DNA of 64,000 nucleotides from Octopus vulgaris (lineage: Eukaryota): assembly GCA_951406725.2 (NCBI GenBank), contig OX597815.1, forward strand, positions 50,096,001 through 50,160,000. Direction: 5' to 3'. Below are positions 25,914 through 40,518 of this stretch, in pieces. Within the stretch, counting starts at the first letter, position 1, and each line of letters starts with the position of its first letter. A program made the position numbers and the translations under genes. The notes below the pieces were generated by a model. The model did no database searches, was not told where the DNA came from, and saw only the letters and a program-made list of their open reading frames with translations.

Positions 25914-25928
25914 ATATATCTCTATATA

Positions 25929-26340
25929 GCCTGGCTATGTGGCAAAAAGCTTGCTTCCCAAGCACATGGTTCTGGGTTCAGTCCTACTGCATGGCACATT
26001 GGGCAAGTGTCTTTTACAATAGCTTTGGGCTGACCAAAGCCTTGTGAGTGAATTTGGCTGATGGAAACTGAAAGAAGCCCATCGTATGTGTGTGTGTGTG
26101 TGTGTGTGTATGTCTTTGTGTCTATGTTTTTCACCCTCCCCACCATCGCTTGACAACTGATGGTGGTGTGTTTATGCCCTTGTAATTTAGCAGTTCAGCA
26201 AAAGAGACTGATAGAATAAGTACTAGGCATGAAAAAAAATAAGTCCTGTGGCTGATTTCTTTGACTACAAAATCCTTTAAAGTGGTTCTCCAGCATGGCC
26301 ACAGTCAAAAGACTGAAATGTGTAAAAGAATAAAAGAATA
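25929..26340 (+). mobile_element. SINE family A, near full length
   Basis: Colinear with 57971-58367; tail is (TAAAAGAA)n. Confidence 0.85.
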
Positions 26341-27460
26341 TATATACACACACACACACACACACGTGTGTGTGTTGTCCTAGCATACTTTGCTTTTAAA
26401 TGTATAGTGTGTGTGAGAGCCCGTACATATCTGGGCACTATTACTTTTCAAATGGATGATATCAGTAGGACAAAAAAATGTAGTAAAAGCTGATAGTATA
26501 AGGTATTTGAGCACTAAGAATGGCTTTGAAGAAATGATGAGGTCAAATTTCGTGTCAAGTCTTAAAGAGGAGATGACATATCACAGAAATGAGAGGTGGT
26601 ACTCTGTACTGCAGTCCAACCAAAGCAGTATATATATATTGACATAAGGGAAAATGTTATGATGATGATAATAATGATAATGTCATAGCCAATGCCAACA
26701 ATAATAATGATGACAATGATGCTGACAATGACACCACTGCCAATGCCAATGATGGCAACAATAAAGATGACAATGACAATAGCAGTGAAAAGTTTGTTAG
26801 AATCTTTGTATTTCTTAAGTATTAGAAGAGAATGGCTAACCACTACTGGTTGCTGTTTTACAACTCAGTTGATTAATTTGGAAAGGTCACAAATTAGAAG
26901 TGTGAAACATTGCCACAATTGCAAGAAAGCAAACTTTTGAGGGTGTTTTTTGTTTCTCATGATAAACTGTTCCCTCATAAGAGTTTACATGCTTGTCTTC
27001 TTTGTTTTGTATAAAGTTTCGGTTAAATATATTGTTATTCTAAAATTATTCATTTTAGAGTTACTAAACATTCAGTCAATACTATGAGACAGAAGCTTCC
27101 TTAAAAATCACTCAGAGCAAAAACTATTTATAATTTTATTTGTTTTTGTTTTGTTTTTTTGAAGACAAGTTATATGTAATAAAATAGCTACTAGTGGTCA
27201 GAGATATAGAAGACATTTGTAAATTATTGTCAAATAATGAGTGTTAATTTATATATGATGATGGCTACTAAAGTCAAAACTGACTTATACATCTTAGATT
27301 GTAGATGGAAAACATATGTGCTGATTCTTTGTTATATCATGTTTATCATTTTAAAATGTGAGAATGAGCCGTTTCTTCCTTATAAACTGAAAATAGATAA
27401 ATAAATGAATTATATGGTTGACCAGCTTTAAGTATTAGTTGTAGTCAGGCTGGTGCTTAC

Positions 27461-27573
27461 CTGGTGAAGCAATTCTGTCTTCTGGACACTTTCTTCTGAA
27501 ATTTGTCTTCTGGTAAAGCTGTCAATGATACTCTTAACAGCTGTCGATGAGTGCTCCTCAAGGGCATTCTTAT
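27461..27573 (-). CDS. Candidate internal coding exon of an unidentified host gene, (D)KNALEEHSSTAVKSIIDSFTRRQISEESVQKTELLHQ
   Basis: 113 nt bounded by tatttgtag| and CAG|gtaagc. One open frame with natural, non-repetitive composition, inside TE-free unique sequence. I do not recognise the protein. Confidence 0.55.
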
Positions 27574-29349
27574 CTACAAATAACTAAATTGGTATATGAT
27601 TCAATTGTCTATCAGCAGTTTCTAACTATGGTATAAGATCTAGTCTTTTTAATTCACAGAAAATGAAATCAAAATTCAGTCCCACAATATTGTTTCTATG
27701 TCATAAAATTTAATTTCGACCATAATTGGAAAAAACAGAAAGCACAAACACTATTTGAAATTTTAAACATTTTACTTCCACAGAGGAGACAGACAATTGG
27801 ATCACTCCAGTTATTTTATTTAGTATGTCCATTGGAACAGAATCATGGCATTTGGTTAAACCAATAAAATTCTACATATCAGTTCTTCCTAAGTTCTATG
27901 AATTTTTACTGAATCTAGAGAAAACTAAAGATCATTGTCACAATGCCATTTCCAGACCTAATATCACACAAATCATCAATGAATAATATTTCCATGTTAA
28001 GTTTTGATTCAACCAGATATGTCATGATTAAAATTTTTATTAACTTTGGAAAAGATAGAATTACTCTGTAACTCTGACTCCTTAACCAGTTTCGGCTTGA
28101 AATCTGCAGTTATGCTGGGGCACCACCATATAGTTAACAAAATCTGACTCACTGACCTTGTGCTTATCAAGGTGTTCTTCAAAGGTAGCCTTATACCGAA
28201 AATAAAAATAATTTTAGTTGATTATAACAAGCAGAATAATTTTGTGAAATATCTTCACCAAGTTTTAATCTTTATAACTGCATATTTTTAGTAAAAAAAT
28301 CACCCTTATCAGATGACTTACTGGCTATTTGGTGGGAAATTTAACCTTTATAAAAGGCTTGAATATCTGTTGACTATTCTAGAACTAGTCTCTTCTATAG
28401 TGCTTACAATTAGCTGATGCACAATACAACTACTTTGGGATTCTACTGTCTTACTCATCTTTAGTTACTACTTTACTTTTCCATTGTAAATACTTTACTC
28501 CAATTGTACTGTTATATTCTTCCATACTTAGTTCAGGACTTCAAAGTGTATGGAACAGCTTTTAATCAAGCTGACACTGAATTGTTCAACTTAAATGTTC
28601 ATCATTGATATTGTGTCACCCCCTGTCAATATAACAAGTGACACTATTATATCTACAACTTATAATACAATCATATAAGCTGATCATGAGCAGATGTTTA
28701 AAACTTATAGATTTTCTATTTCAGGAAACTTTCATTCTACAAAAATGAGTTTTTAATGCACTTCTTGCTGCTACTGTAAATCATTGCTTTGTATTGGAAA
28801 AGTTCTTGTCCACATGTCAAGCTTTGTGACAGCTGTACATATTCTCGAAGTATCAAAATCATTGAACTAGTTCTAATAATTGCAGTGAGTGAGACCCAAT
28901 AAATCCACAGTGTATGAAAACAACTGATCCCTGATAAATTTTCAAAACTGATCCCTAATAAATTTCAGGTGATAATAAAGTATCACCTAAAATATTGAAT
29001 TCTGGTACTTTATGGAAGATGTAGTTCCTAGACATGATTTGTACAAGGAACCAATATTCCATTTCTGAGGAATAGCAAAATATTGGGAATGTCGGAATGG
29101 TTTATTTACTGATTATCATCTTCTATTGACCAACATTCGGTTCATTGGTGTGAACATATATCTAAAGCAATCACAACAGAAAACAAAGTTCCAGAGCCTT
29201 ACAAAGTTACTTGTTGTAAGAAAATAACTCCAGGAAATTTGTTTAAGAGCCAGTCTACAACACCTTTTCTATTTAATAATATGCATTATTATAATCATCT
29301 ATAGGTTATATTCTATTTTATAGATTGTTTTTTCTGTGAATTGTTAGTG

Positions 29350-29522
29350 ATTTTCTTCCTCCATCGTCCTTTTCTATTGGACTTTCCTCTGTTTCTGAAG
29401 AAGAGCTCTGCTTGAAACGTTAAACCATCTTTCTTTCCTTCCCTGAGCATCTGCTAATACTTTACATGTACCACATCCTAGCATTGTTTTTTGTTTGTTC
29501 TTCATTTTTTGGGGGATTGACT
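29350..29522 (+). mobile_element. PLE-terminal-repeat-like unit with minimal hammerhead motif (29391-29425)
   Basis: GTTT-CTGAAGA-A-GAGC-tct-GCTT-GAAA-CG-TT-AAAC. Both core boxes are intact, stem I is GTTT/AAAC and stem III is the ACGT palindrome. A T-rich tail runs into TA repeats. Confidence 0.65.
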
Positions 29523-29588
29523 ATATATACATACACATGCCAACCCATGCCAGCATGAACAATGGACATTAAAAATACACACACAAAC

Positions 29589-29864
<276 letters not shown>

Positions 29865-29914
29865 CATGTGTACACGTGTGTGTGTGTGTGCGTGTGTAAG
29901 CAGAAATACAGGTG

Positions 29915-30340
29915 CAAGCAATGTATTCATATGAAAAGTTACATATTACAAATCTTTACAGCTGTTTCAGATAGTCAATGACCAGTTAATATAACCATTC
30001 ATGTTATGCAAAAAGTCCAATATTAAGTCAATATTATAAAAGCAAAGAGAAAATTCTATGAGAACTGAAAGCTCTATGCAGCAAAGTAACAATATCATTA
30101 TCAGATGATTTGCCTAGCTCTTCTGAAGAGAATACTGTAAATTCATTGAACAGAGCTATTAAAATCCAAGCTTGTTGGTTTTTCCCTTTACTGTTATTTA
30201 TACCTACAATACTGGATTTCCTTGTACATTATGCATGGTTATATCAACCAGACATTGATTATCTGAAACAGCTGTAAAGATAAAACTTGGTTACATTATC
30301 TAAGTTATATATGCAACTGGTCATATAAATACATTCCTTA
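29915..30340. mobile_element. Old fold-back element with GAAACAGCTGTA hammerhead 3' halves in both arms
   Basis: 29952-30002 (ATCTTTACAGCTGTTTCAGATAGTCAATG...) is the imperfect reverse complement of 30231-30281. An internal TAGCTCT-T-CTGAAGA-GAAT..ATTC..AGAGCTA lies at 30115-30158. Confidence 0.55.
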
Positions 30341-30522
30341 TGGCTGCTACTGTTTGTCTGTCTTTCAACTTCTATAACCATTTCATGACAATTGTTCCTA
30401 AAGCTGCCTTTCTACCTCTGCATTACCAAGCTTGAGTTTACAATTCAGATTTCTGCAATACTTGGTGACTATCAACATCACACTTACGTAAGTATTTTAT
30501 TAGCTATCACACACACACACAC

Positions 30523-30563
<41 letters not shown>

Positions 30564-30777
30564 CTTTAGTTTTCTTTATTAGGATAACTGGACAACTGTA
30601 AACAACTGTGTGAGCACAACACACACACACTCACACATAATATTTTATATTGTTTTTCAGTAGAACCTAAAATCAAATTGTGTTTCTGGAAAGAACCAAA
30701 ACAGTGAAGTAAAATCAATTTTTATGTAGTTCACATATCTAATCAATTCATTACATTATTGATATTTAATCATTCTA

Positions 30778-31192
30778 CTGTGGCCGTGTGGTAACAAGCT
30801 TGCTTTCCAGCCACATGGTTCCAGGTTCAGTCCCATTGCATAGCACCTTGAGCAAGTGTCTTCTAACATGGCCTCAGGCCAACCTAAGCCTTGTGAGTGG
30901 ATTTGGTAGACAGACACTGAAAGAAGGTGGCGAGCTGGCAGAAACATTAGCACGCTGGGCAAAATGCTTAGCGGTATTTTGTTGACGTTACATTCTGAGG
31001 TCAAATTCCGCCTGGTCGACTTTGCCTTTCATCAATTTTGATGTCGATAAATTAAGTACCAGTTATGTACTGGGGTCGATGTAATCGACTTAATCCCTTT
31101 GTCTGTCCTTGTTTGTCCCCTCTATGTTTAGCCCCTTGTGGGCAATAAAGAAATAAGAAACTGAAAGAAGTCCATCATATATATATATATAT

Positions 31193-31252
<60 letters not shown>

Positions 31253-31355
31253 GTATGTATAAATATATATATATATGTATGTATGTATGTATATATCTAT
31301 ATATATATATATGTATGTATGTATGTATGTATATATCTATATATATATATATATG

Positions 31356-31394
<39 letters not shown>

Positions 31395-31650
31395 AAATAT
31401 ATATATATATATGTATGTATTTATATATCTATGTGTGTGTTTGTGTCGTTGTGTTTGTCCCCCATCACCACTTGACAACAGGTATTGGTGTATTTACATC
31501 CCAATAACTTAGTATTTCAGCAAAAGAGACCAATAGAATAAGTACTAGGCTTTAAAAAAATAAGTCCTGTAGTCAACTTGTTTAACTAAAACCCTTCAAG
31601 GCAGTGCTCCAGCATGGCCGCAGTCAAATAACTGAAACAAATAAAAGAAT
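30778..31650 (+). mobile_element. SINE family A interrupted by a SINE family B insertion (30926-31159)
   Basis: TSD ACTGAAAGAA at 30916-30925 and 31160-31169; family A resumes after it. Confidence 0.9.
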
Positions 31651-31667
31651 AACTAAAACATCCATTA

Positions 31668-32922
31668 CAGGGTCTCCCAGAAAGATTTATCCATGTTTAA
31701 AATACTTCCTAAAGAATATCGTTTCAGGTTATATTATCTACATTTTACATAAAGGTTTGCATATATCTTTTGTTCATGTGTCTATTGTTTCATTTGTCTA
31801 TAACAGGTTTATAGACAAACATAGCATCAAAAGTAAAACATGACCAGATTATCACTTTGAAAACAGTTGGAGTGAGCGACAAGGACATATCAAAACAATT
31901 GAATGTGCGTAAAACAGTGTTCAACAACTGGAAACGATATATGGAGTCTGCCACTATTTTTTGGTAGGAAACCATCAATTCGTACCAAATAAACTATTGA
32001 AGCTGTGAAGAAGCAAGTGAACCAAAATCCCTACTGGAGTGCAAGACAAACTGCAAAAGCACTTGATATTTCAAAATTGTCAAGGAATAGGATTTTTAAA
32101 GAGGATTTAAAGCTAACTGCATACAAGAAACAATCTCAACAGTTAATTTCAGCAGCTTCCAATAAAAAACAGCAGGACAGGAGTAAAACCATGTTAGTTA
32201 AGATGAAGTGCACCTCTAGCAAAGTGTTGATCTGGTCTGAGAAGATCTTCACCATGGAGACAGTTACCAACAGGCAGAATGACAGGCTTAATGCACGTAC
32301 TGCAGGAGTCATTTATGCCCTCAGAAGCCAGCTCACTCATGATGTGGACTGCAGTTGCATCTGATGGACCCAAGTTTCCCTTGATCTTCATCAATGCTGG
32401 CATCAAGGTCAACAGTGAAGTTTATGTGGAAATGTTGGATGAGAAAGTGTCACCTGGGGTCATAGAAACCTTTGGTGATCATTACATTTTCACTCAAAAC
32501 TGGGCTCTGGCCCACATATCCAATTTGACACAGAAGTGGTGCAAAGACCATTTCAGTGGGGTTTGGGACAAGATGATATGGCCTCCCTCAAGTCCAGACA
32601 TCAATCTCATGGATTTTGCTACCTGGTCTATCTTAGAGAGTAATGGTTCTGCTCACTCCTGTTCAAATGTGTCAGATCTGAAGAAAACCCTTCTGTCTTC
32701 ATGGCTCAAGTTGGATGAAGAGGTGGTACAGCACTCATACAACTCAGTGACAACTCATTTGCAGGCTATAATCAAGACAAAAGGTGGTCATTTTGAAATG
32801 TAATTCTTGCCATGGATTGACAATTTATATTAGAATGTGTGTGCCAAATTTCATTATTCTACCCTAACTTTATTTTGAATAATTAAGAAATATTAATGGA
32901 TAAATCTTTCTGGTACATCCCG
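31668..32922 (+). mobile_element. Full-length Tc1/mariner-superfamily transposon, maT (DD37D) type, inactive
   Basis: TA flanks on both sides. The ~28-bp TIRs share CCAGAAAGATTTATCCAT. Length 1255 bp. Confidence 0.9.
31821..32803 (+). pseudogene. DD37D transposase pseudogene
   Basis: HTH-like N-terminus (GVSDKDISKQLNV), then IWS-EKIFT (D1 lost), FTQNWALAH (D2 to N) and WPPSSPDINLMDF. There are 37 residues between the D2 position and D3. Frameshifted. Confidence 0.85.
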
Positions 32923-35249
32923 TATATGAGTACCAGTTTCTAGCTATACAAAAACTTAAAACTGATGGCAGTTTCATTTCTTACGCTATTACTAAGCAAT
33001 GTAGCTTCTGCATGAAGCAAATACTATGTATTTATTTAAATATTAGACGAACATTACCGGTGGTTTTTTTAAAGGTAAACATTTAATGAAAATATATATA
33101 ATGATTATAAAAAGAAATATTGCTTAAGAAAGCTGATATTAAAACATAGTTTAAATGTGTACCATAAGCTGTTAGGTAACTAAATATCAATTATCCATTT
33201 AAGCTTAATAAATAACTTTGACAAAGCAAATAATAAGTAAAAGATTAAAGTTGTATATAATAAGAAGGAATTACAATAAACTAGGATGTATGTTAGTATA
33301 AAGTAAACATACATCACTGCAATAGTTAAACCAACTTGCAGATAAAATTTTATCAGAAACATGAGGTATATATTTTTGCTATCATTATAACTTCGGTTTG
33401 TTTTTGGTTTAGTATTTTTTTTATAATTGTAAGATGTTTTTTTTTTCTTTTGCACACTAAAAATAAAGCAAGATGGAAAAAAGTTAAAGAAAAAGGAAAG
33501 AATAAAAGTTTTGTGAGCAGAAGAAAACATGCACAGAAATGAGACTGCATAATTTAAACTGTCGAGATGAATATCTATCATGATATTTTATAATTAAAAC
33601 AGTTCATTAAATGCAGATGTGGCAGAAGAGAATTTCATGAATAGCTGTGTAAAATACAAAAGTGAGTAACAAACAGTTGGACTTGATTTTGTAATAGCAT
33701 GAAGAACAAAGCCATATTCTTGACATTTACAGTTGAATAACAGATATAGCAGACATACATTAGATAAAAACAGTATGTCTTCTCTAATTAGTTTGTTTTG
33801 AAATCAAATGAGTTGCATAAAATTTATACTTAATAAAGATAAAATTAAGTTGGTAAATTTTTTTGTTTTCTCAGAAGAAAAAAGATATTCACTTTTATAT
33901 GAAAAGTATTATGCTTGCATTCTCTCATTCAGTTGCATTGATATGTACATGAAAAAATTATTTGTTGAATTTGTGTTCTTTATCACAAGCCCAAAACATT
34001 AGTATGCAACAACAATTAGCTTCAGTACATAGGAGAATGTCATTTTATTGATGTAAATCAGATAAAAGGGTTAAATATAAACTACAACCACACAAAGCAA
34101 ACAAATACACTCAGCAACATATCTTACATAATTTCTGAAAAGTTCAGATAGATTTTTCTAAATTCTGACCACAAATTTGTCTGTAAACATAATTACAAGC
34201 ATAAATAATCCTATTCTTCTCAAGATTTATTTCAAAACAGGCCACCTTACCACATTAATATAATATCCAACACAGGTCAATTTATGTAGTAATGAAAAAT
34301 GAGACATACACAAGACATCATTCTTTGTAATTATGTCATCATTATCATCATCTCAATCATGCTACTTGCACAGATTCCTATGACTCTCAGTTGCCACTCC
34401 ACCCATTATTGCTAAGAGGGTCATGGGGATAGAGTCTACAGACTTGAATCTTAGTGGATCTTTCATTAGCTGATTACACAACTGTGGATGCTGCCCTTAT
34501 GGGTGCATTGCAGTTACTCTCTTGATAGAACTTAGTGTTCCTGACTGTTGATCTTCTAAGATTCTTCTACCCAGCATCAATGTAAGAAGCACCATTGACT
34601 CAGGCTCTTTCACTGGCTCTTCACAATCAGCTATGCTGCAGTGCCACAACTTCACCATACCCTTGACAGGGTAGCTGAACAGGTGCTACACTTTGCCAAA
34701 GGGCAGCTCATAACTATAATTATGTATTATAAAATTAAAACTGATTAATGCTGCTTGGAGAGATACTATTATATCTTTGTAATGAACTGAACATAACTTA
34801 GTTTTACTTATTCTGTTGGTCCAGAACAGGGATGAAAGGCAAGGTTAATCATAAGACTGAACTCAGAATTGACATTTTTTTTAGTAATTATCTTGTATAT
34901 TTTGTAAGTGGAAATCCAAAAGTGCAATATCTGGTGAATATGGAGGGTGGGGTAATACATCCCAGCCAAGCTGCAGCAATTTTTGTCTGGTTCCCAAAGC
35001 ATCAAGTGCCAAAAAGGAACTTTCTTATCTTCCATTTTAAAGGGTTACAGAATTAACACAGGTTATAGGAACATAAATCTTCTTCCACAAAAAGATAGCT
35101 TAAACAGTGCTCTAAATGGAGGTGTAGTCAAATCCTATTTTATGGACTCAAACATGTTCTAAAATAAGTCAAAAGGTAAGCTACTTTAAATCGGCATGAA
35201 CTTTCCGGACAACCCAATATATATAAATATTCAAATATATATATATATT

Positions 35250-35430
35250 CAAATCAAAAATAAACACAAAAACAAGAAAAACAACAAAAGTAACAAGGAC
35301 ACAACCAATGAATGTATTAGCTTGATGCTCAGAGAAGTTTTAAGATGGAAGAAAGATGGTATGTGATGTTTGTTTCAAACATGGCTCTTCATCAGAAAGA
35401 GGAAGAGGAAAATGTCTGGAGAGAGGGAAA
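35250..35430 (-). mobile_element. PLE-terminal-repeat-like unit, same family as 29350-29522
   Basis: Minus strand: TTT-CTGATGA-AGAGC-cat-GTTT-GAAA-C..., then CCATCTTTCTT...CTGAGCATC..GCTAATAC and a T-rich tail into TA repeats. Confidence 0.6.
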
Positions 35431-36024
35431 GAATTGTCTAAGACAAACATATGTACTGTTACATGGCTGATATATGTAACCACACAAAAAGGACAAAATC
35501 TGCTGCTGAAAATGGCAACTGATTTAGGAGAGCATTTATTTCAAAATAGAATAAAACCTCATCATGAATTAAATTTCTGTGAGTGAGTGATGACCTCTCT
35601 CAAGTATAATAACTATATGCAGCCAAAACCTACAATTAGTACAACATCCAGTTATGAAAACATTTGTCAAACAAAATATCTGTCCATCGCATATATATAC
35701 GCACAAAAGTTAAACATGACCAAATGGTAATGATAATAATCATATGTATCAACATGTGTTGATGTAAATCATGATGATGATGTCCATCAGCATCATAATT
35801 ATTATCATGTTAATCCTCATCATCATATATTTGGTACAGCATGAAAGATGACAGACTGATATCAACTGAAAAGCAGTGAAGCAGTAGTTGAATGTGATAC
35901 ACTGTGGAATTTATGTAAATCAGAACAACTAACACAGATTGAGGAGATGATAAATGACTCCTGCTAATGGCGTTAATGCTGCTTACCTGTACTGCTTCAC
36001 AAGTTATGGACCAATGAGGCAACC

Positions 36025-36630
36025 ACTATATGGTTGCTCAAACTGCTAGATATACCATCCAAATTACCCTCAGATCATGCCTTACTGCCTTAAAAATGGA
36101 AGAACACTTTGGATAACATAGTCCTTGATACTACACTCTGTCTGAATGAAAGACAGAATGGTTACAGAGTGAACATCTTTGACTATAGGGCTGACTTGGG
36201 CCTGAACAACTTCACATATAACAAGTTATATCCAGCATGTCTATATAGGATGGACCTCATTGTCCACTGTTCAACTTGTTAATATCCTTGCTCAGCTGTG
36301 GTCATTGTACCCCAGTTAATGGTCTCCTAATATTTAAACGACTTGGAAAATCTTGAAAGAAAATTGGCAGCTCTCATTGCACAAGAATAACATGCAAAAG
36401 CATTCCACATTTTTTAACTATAAGTAAACATATCAATAAAAAGATCTCAATGTGTCAGATTCTATATGCTAGAATTAGCAACCAAATCTCCTTCAAATAA
36501 CACCAAACCATTTCAAAAGATTAAAGGTTCCTTGAAGAATGTAGTACTAGATATGAAAAGTGGCAAGAAAAATATCACTGGAATATCTTTAATCATAGAA
36601 ATTCATGATTAGGGCTGATCTCAACACAAG
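36025..36630 (+). repeat. Two decayed copies of an old interspersed repeat (36025-36210, 36460-36630)
   Basis: Both share TGCTAGA..A.CCAAAT..CC.TCA.AT.A...GGATAA..TAGT.CT.GATA...AGGGCTGA. A fragment also lies at 43055-43095. Confidence 0.45.
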
Positions 36631-38459
36631 AAAAGCACAGCTCATTGCTATTATTCACTCTGGTTCACATAAATATTCAGACATTAACAACAAACCAGAA
36701 CTACAGTGCAAAAGGTCTCTCCCAAATATCATTTCCATCTAATATAAACAAACACTTATATGCACAGCAAAATAGCTACAATCTTGACAGTCTTGTTTGA
36801 TTCTCACTTCATAATGACCTCCATCTTTGATAGTTCACAAGGTGCAAGATTTCCATAAATCTATGGAGTCTACTTTGTTTGTCTCAGAATCTTCAATCAA
36901 TTTTGAGGTGAGCTGATTACATAAACCCACATGTTTTACTAGTACTTTATTTTATTAGCCCCAAAATGATTAAAGGCAAAGTTGACCCTGGCTGGATTTT
37001 TAACTCACAGAGTAATGAGTTAGACTTCCATATAATCATTACATATTAAAATCTACGGCATCTGAACAATAACAACAATAAATTGTTTATTTAGAAGGAA
37101 GGATTTGTATAGTGGAATATGTATATAAACATCTGTATTTGTGTGTGTATGCTTTTGCAGGTATGTATACATTGTCTCCCTTCTGCAAATAGGTTTATAA
37201 TTCTGTTGACAGATATGAAAACAATACAACTTGATAGTTTTAATCTATTTTCCTTTATCGAAAGATAGCAAATTACAAAAGCCTAACAACACAGTTAGGG
37301 AACCAAAAACTGACAATAATAATATGAACTAAAATTCTTATTTTATTGGGAAAGTCAATTTGATTATGTATAAATTCCAAATCAAATGTAAAATAAACAA
37401 AAGAAAACAGTGCACAGGTAAAAAAGAATGGCCTAAAAGCAAGTCTTGCTTTATTTCATTGCATGATGAATATGATGACTAATTAAACAGCTGGCTTCTG
37501 GCTCCACCTGCAGATCATTCTAAATGCTGCTTTATTCTGACTGTTCTAAACGCATTATGTTCTTTAGAAGACTCACTGGCATTTAATGAAGCAATATAAA
37601 TAAATTCAATTAATAAAAACTGCTAAATAGAATCGTTTAAAAAATTCTTTAATGAAATTTTAGAATTTTTTTTCTTGATATTTTGTTACCTTTTTTTGTA
37701 AAGTTTTTCTTTTTGGTTGAAATTTATGATACTGGTCCCGATTAAGTTGTAGTTTAAGAATAATAACCATTATTATGTTAACTTTCCAATGTTAATGCCT
37801 ACCTCAAGCCATAGTTGGAAGAATATTGAATTCAACCAAAACAAGTCTAACATATGAAATTATATTGGAGAAATGTCTGGAGATTAATTTGAGAAATTTA
37901 TCATAAAATTAACTTTTTAAAGAGCCTTCATTTCTGACAAGTTAAGAAACTAGTATACACATCAGTAATGTTTTTGTAGAAAGCTTGAATTTGACAATCA
38001 AGTAGCACTCTTCAGAAAATCTAAGTTTACTTAAGATATGATAAATTAGTTGATATATGAAAAGAAATCTACCAAGGCATAGCATGGATTTCGGCTTCCC
38101 TATATGGTTGCTACTTCCTTTAAATGTAACATGCTTTCACTTACAGCAAACACATGCATATAAAGTGGCTACTTTGTGTGGTCCACAGACTCTACACATT
38201 CCATGGAATGTCACTGGAAAACCAGTTGTTAAGCACAACAATTTTTTATAATATCCTTTTAATCAATATCGTTGAATACCAAACATGTAGAATATATTTG
38301 TAACCTACACCAAAAGATGCAGTGAGACCAGAAAAATACTTATCCACAAAGGATTTTCAGTCTCCAGTCAAAAACCTTTTACCTAATAACCAAGCCCTAC
38401 ATCAACCAAGGAAATTCATTTGTGGTTAATCTCAGTCACTTCATTTCATGTTCTTTATT

Positions 38460-38692
38460 CCTAGCCCTTAACTGTGTGGTCATTGGGACATTCACTGATG
38501 ATGTCACAACCAGATTTTTCTGCTTTTTCTTGGCCTTCTGCTTCTCTCTTTGAGTTGGCAAAATTGAGGCTTGTCCACTCATTAATGCTACCAGCCCATC
38601 TTTTCTCAGCCTTCCTTGATTTCATCCACCTTCTATTGTGTCATGCAGGATTGTCACTGTTAGGTCAGAGCTTCTTATGATATGGCAATACT
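38460..38692 (-). mobile_element. Decayed RTE-clade LINE 3' end (different subfamily)
   Basis: Minus translation YCHIIRSSDLTVTILHDTIEGG*NQGRLRK resembles the RTE C-terminal YGHI.R....KTILQG.VEGGRRRGRPRK. Confidence 0.55.
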
Positions 38693-39718
38693 ATTCTTTA
38701 CACACATGCTAATAGATCTAGCTATATGTATAACATAGAATTATATAAGGAGCTACCACCTTAAATTTTATTATCAAGTATGTATTCTTTAGCAAAAACA
38801 TAAATTCTATTCAAATTGTCCAGTTACATATAATATAGTTATCAGATATGCCTCTTATCAATGAGGAAATTCAAGATGATATGCTATGGGTATGTGCTGC
38901 AGTTTGAGATCCTGTGTATTCACATCATCAGGGGATGGGCAAATGGAAAAAGAGTACATGTAAGTAACAAAGATGAAGATGGAGCAATAGCATTAAGAAC
39001 TGGATGGGGCAAACCACTGAATAGCAAGGAGTGGTGATTACGTCTGAGGTCCCTAATTGCCACAACTATTATCATCATCATCATCATCATTATGTTTTGC
39101 TTAGTCAACACATCCCATTTGTTGCCAAAACATTCATTTTAATATTATTTTGTTCTTTGCAACAAAACCACCTTTCAAATATGCTAATATAGATTAATAT
39201 GCACACATACACATGCACACATAAACACAAGCATGCATATATATATATATATATATGCACACATAAACACGAGCATGCAAATATATATATATACATACAC
39301 CCGCATATATACATACACACATGCAAAATGATAGAGGATCTAATCAGGTGGAAGTTCAAAAATTTGTGACAACATCCTGCTCGGTTTAATGGTAGGACTC
39401 ACTGTGCAAGCTCTATAAATTTGTCCTTATTGGTAAAACTCGTAACAGGAAATAAATTTAAAAGTAAAAAAGAAGGAGAAGAGAGAACAAAATAGGAAAG
39501 TATGAACAAACTGGTTTTTTCACAGATCCAGTTGCCTCAAAGCTTATTGACTGGTTACATTCTCATGCAAAGTGACATTAGCGATTACATTTTTTTTTTC
39601 TTTCCTCCTCCCCACCTCATTTTCATCTTCCTCAGTCTGAAAAATTTATTTGTTTTGTTTGGGGTTTATTTGGTCTACAAGTATTTGTGTGCCTTTTTTG
39701 AAACAAAGACAGTGAAAG

Positions 39719-39749
<31 letters not shown>

Positions 39750-40518
39750 AGATGATATACAAATGTGTCAGGGTTTATGTCCACGTATGTTTGGAAAATT
39801 GTGTTTGCATGTATATTCTGATATGTAAATATGAGAAACACACACACACACACACATGCATACATGTGTGTGTGTATGTATATATTTGTTTGTATATATA
39901 CATTGCTATATGTGTGTGTGTGTACATATATAAGTTTATGTATGCACTCTACTATAATGCACATTTGCTTTTTATTGTCAGTATTATATCTGATTTGAAG
40001 AAAATCAATGTGGTACACTTTAATGTATGTCAACAGCAATTCCGTAAAGTTGCATGAATACAATTTTGTCAGCTCCAGTTGGATGTGAGCCAGAAAATTT
40101 GGACAAGAGATGCTGGTCATCAATAAGGTAGTTAGACTGTCAGGTCAGCTAAGTCAGGCTTCAACAATGAACTAGAGTATCAATTCTCACAAACCATCAA
40201 TTCTACATTGCTGGACTTATGCAGAATTTTACTTTAATGTGATGATTGCATGTCACTAGTTGAAGAATCTCTATTTATCGAGCTGCCTGCCCAGCCATAC
40301 TTAATTTATAGATAACTAAACACTCACTATCAATGCTGTTTATATTCAATGACTAAAGTAAAAGTATTGAAATGTGATAGAGCTGAATTTGTGTGTAACC
40401 TTGTGGTTAAGACTATAATTCGTATTCTTTGTACTGAAGAAACAAGTTCAATCATAATCCCAAGTAGTCAAATTGTGTTTGAATCCGTTAGAAATAAAAT
40501 TAAACAATAAGTTTAGAG

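Noticed and set aside
35987-36040. Strong minus-strand donor CAG|gtaagc
   Set aside because: The upstream sequence runs into an old repeat, with no convincing acceptor or frame.
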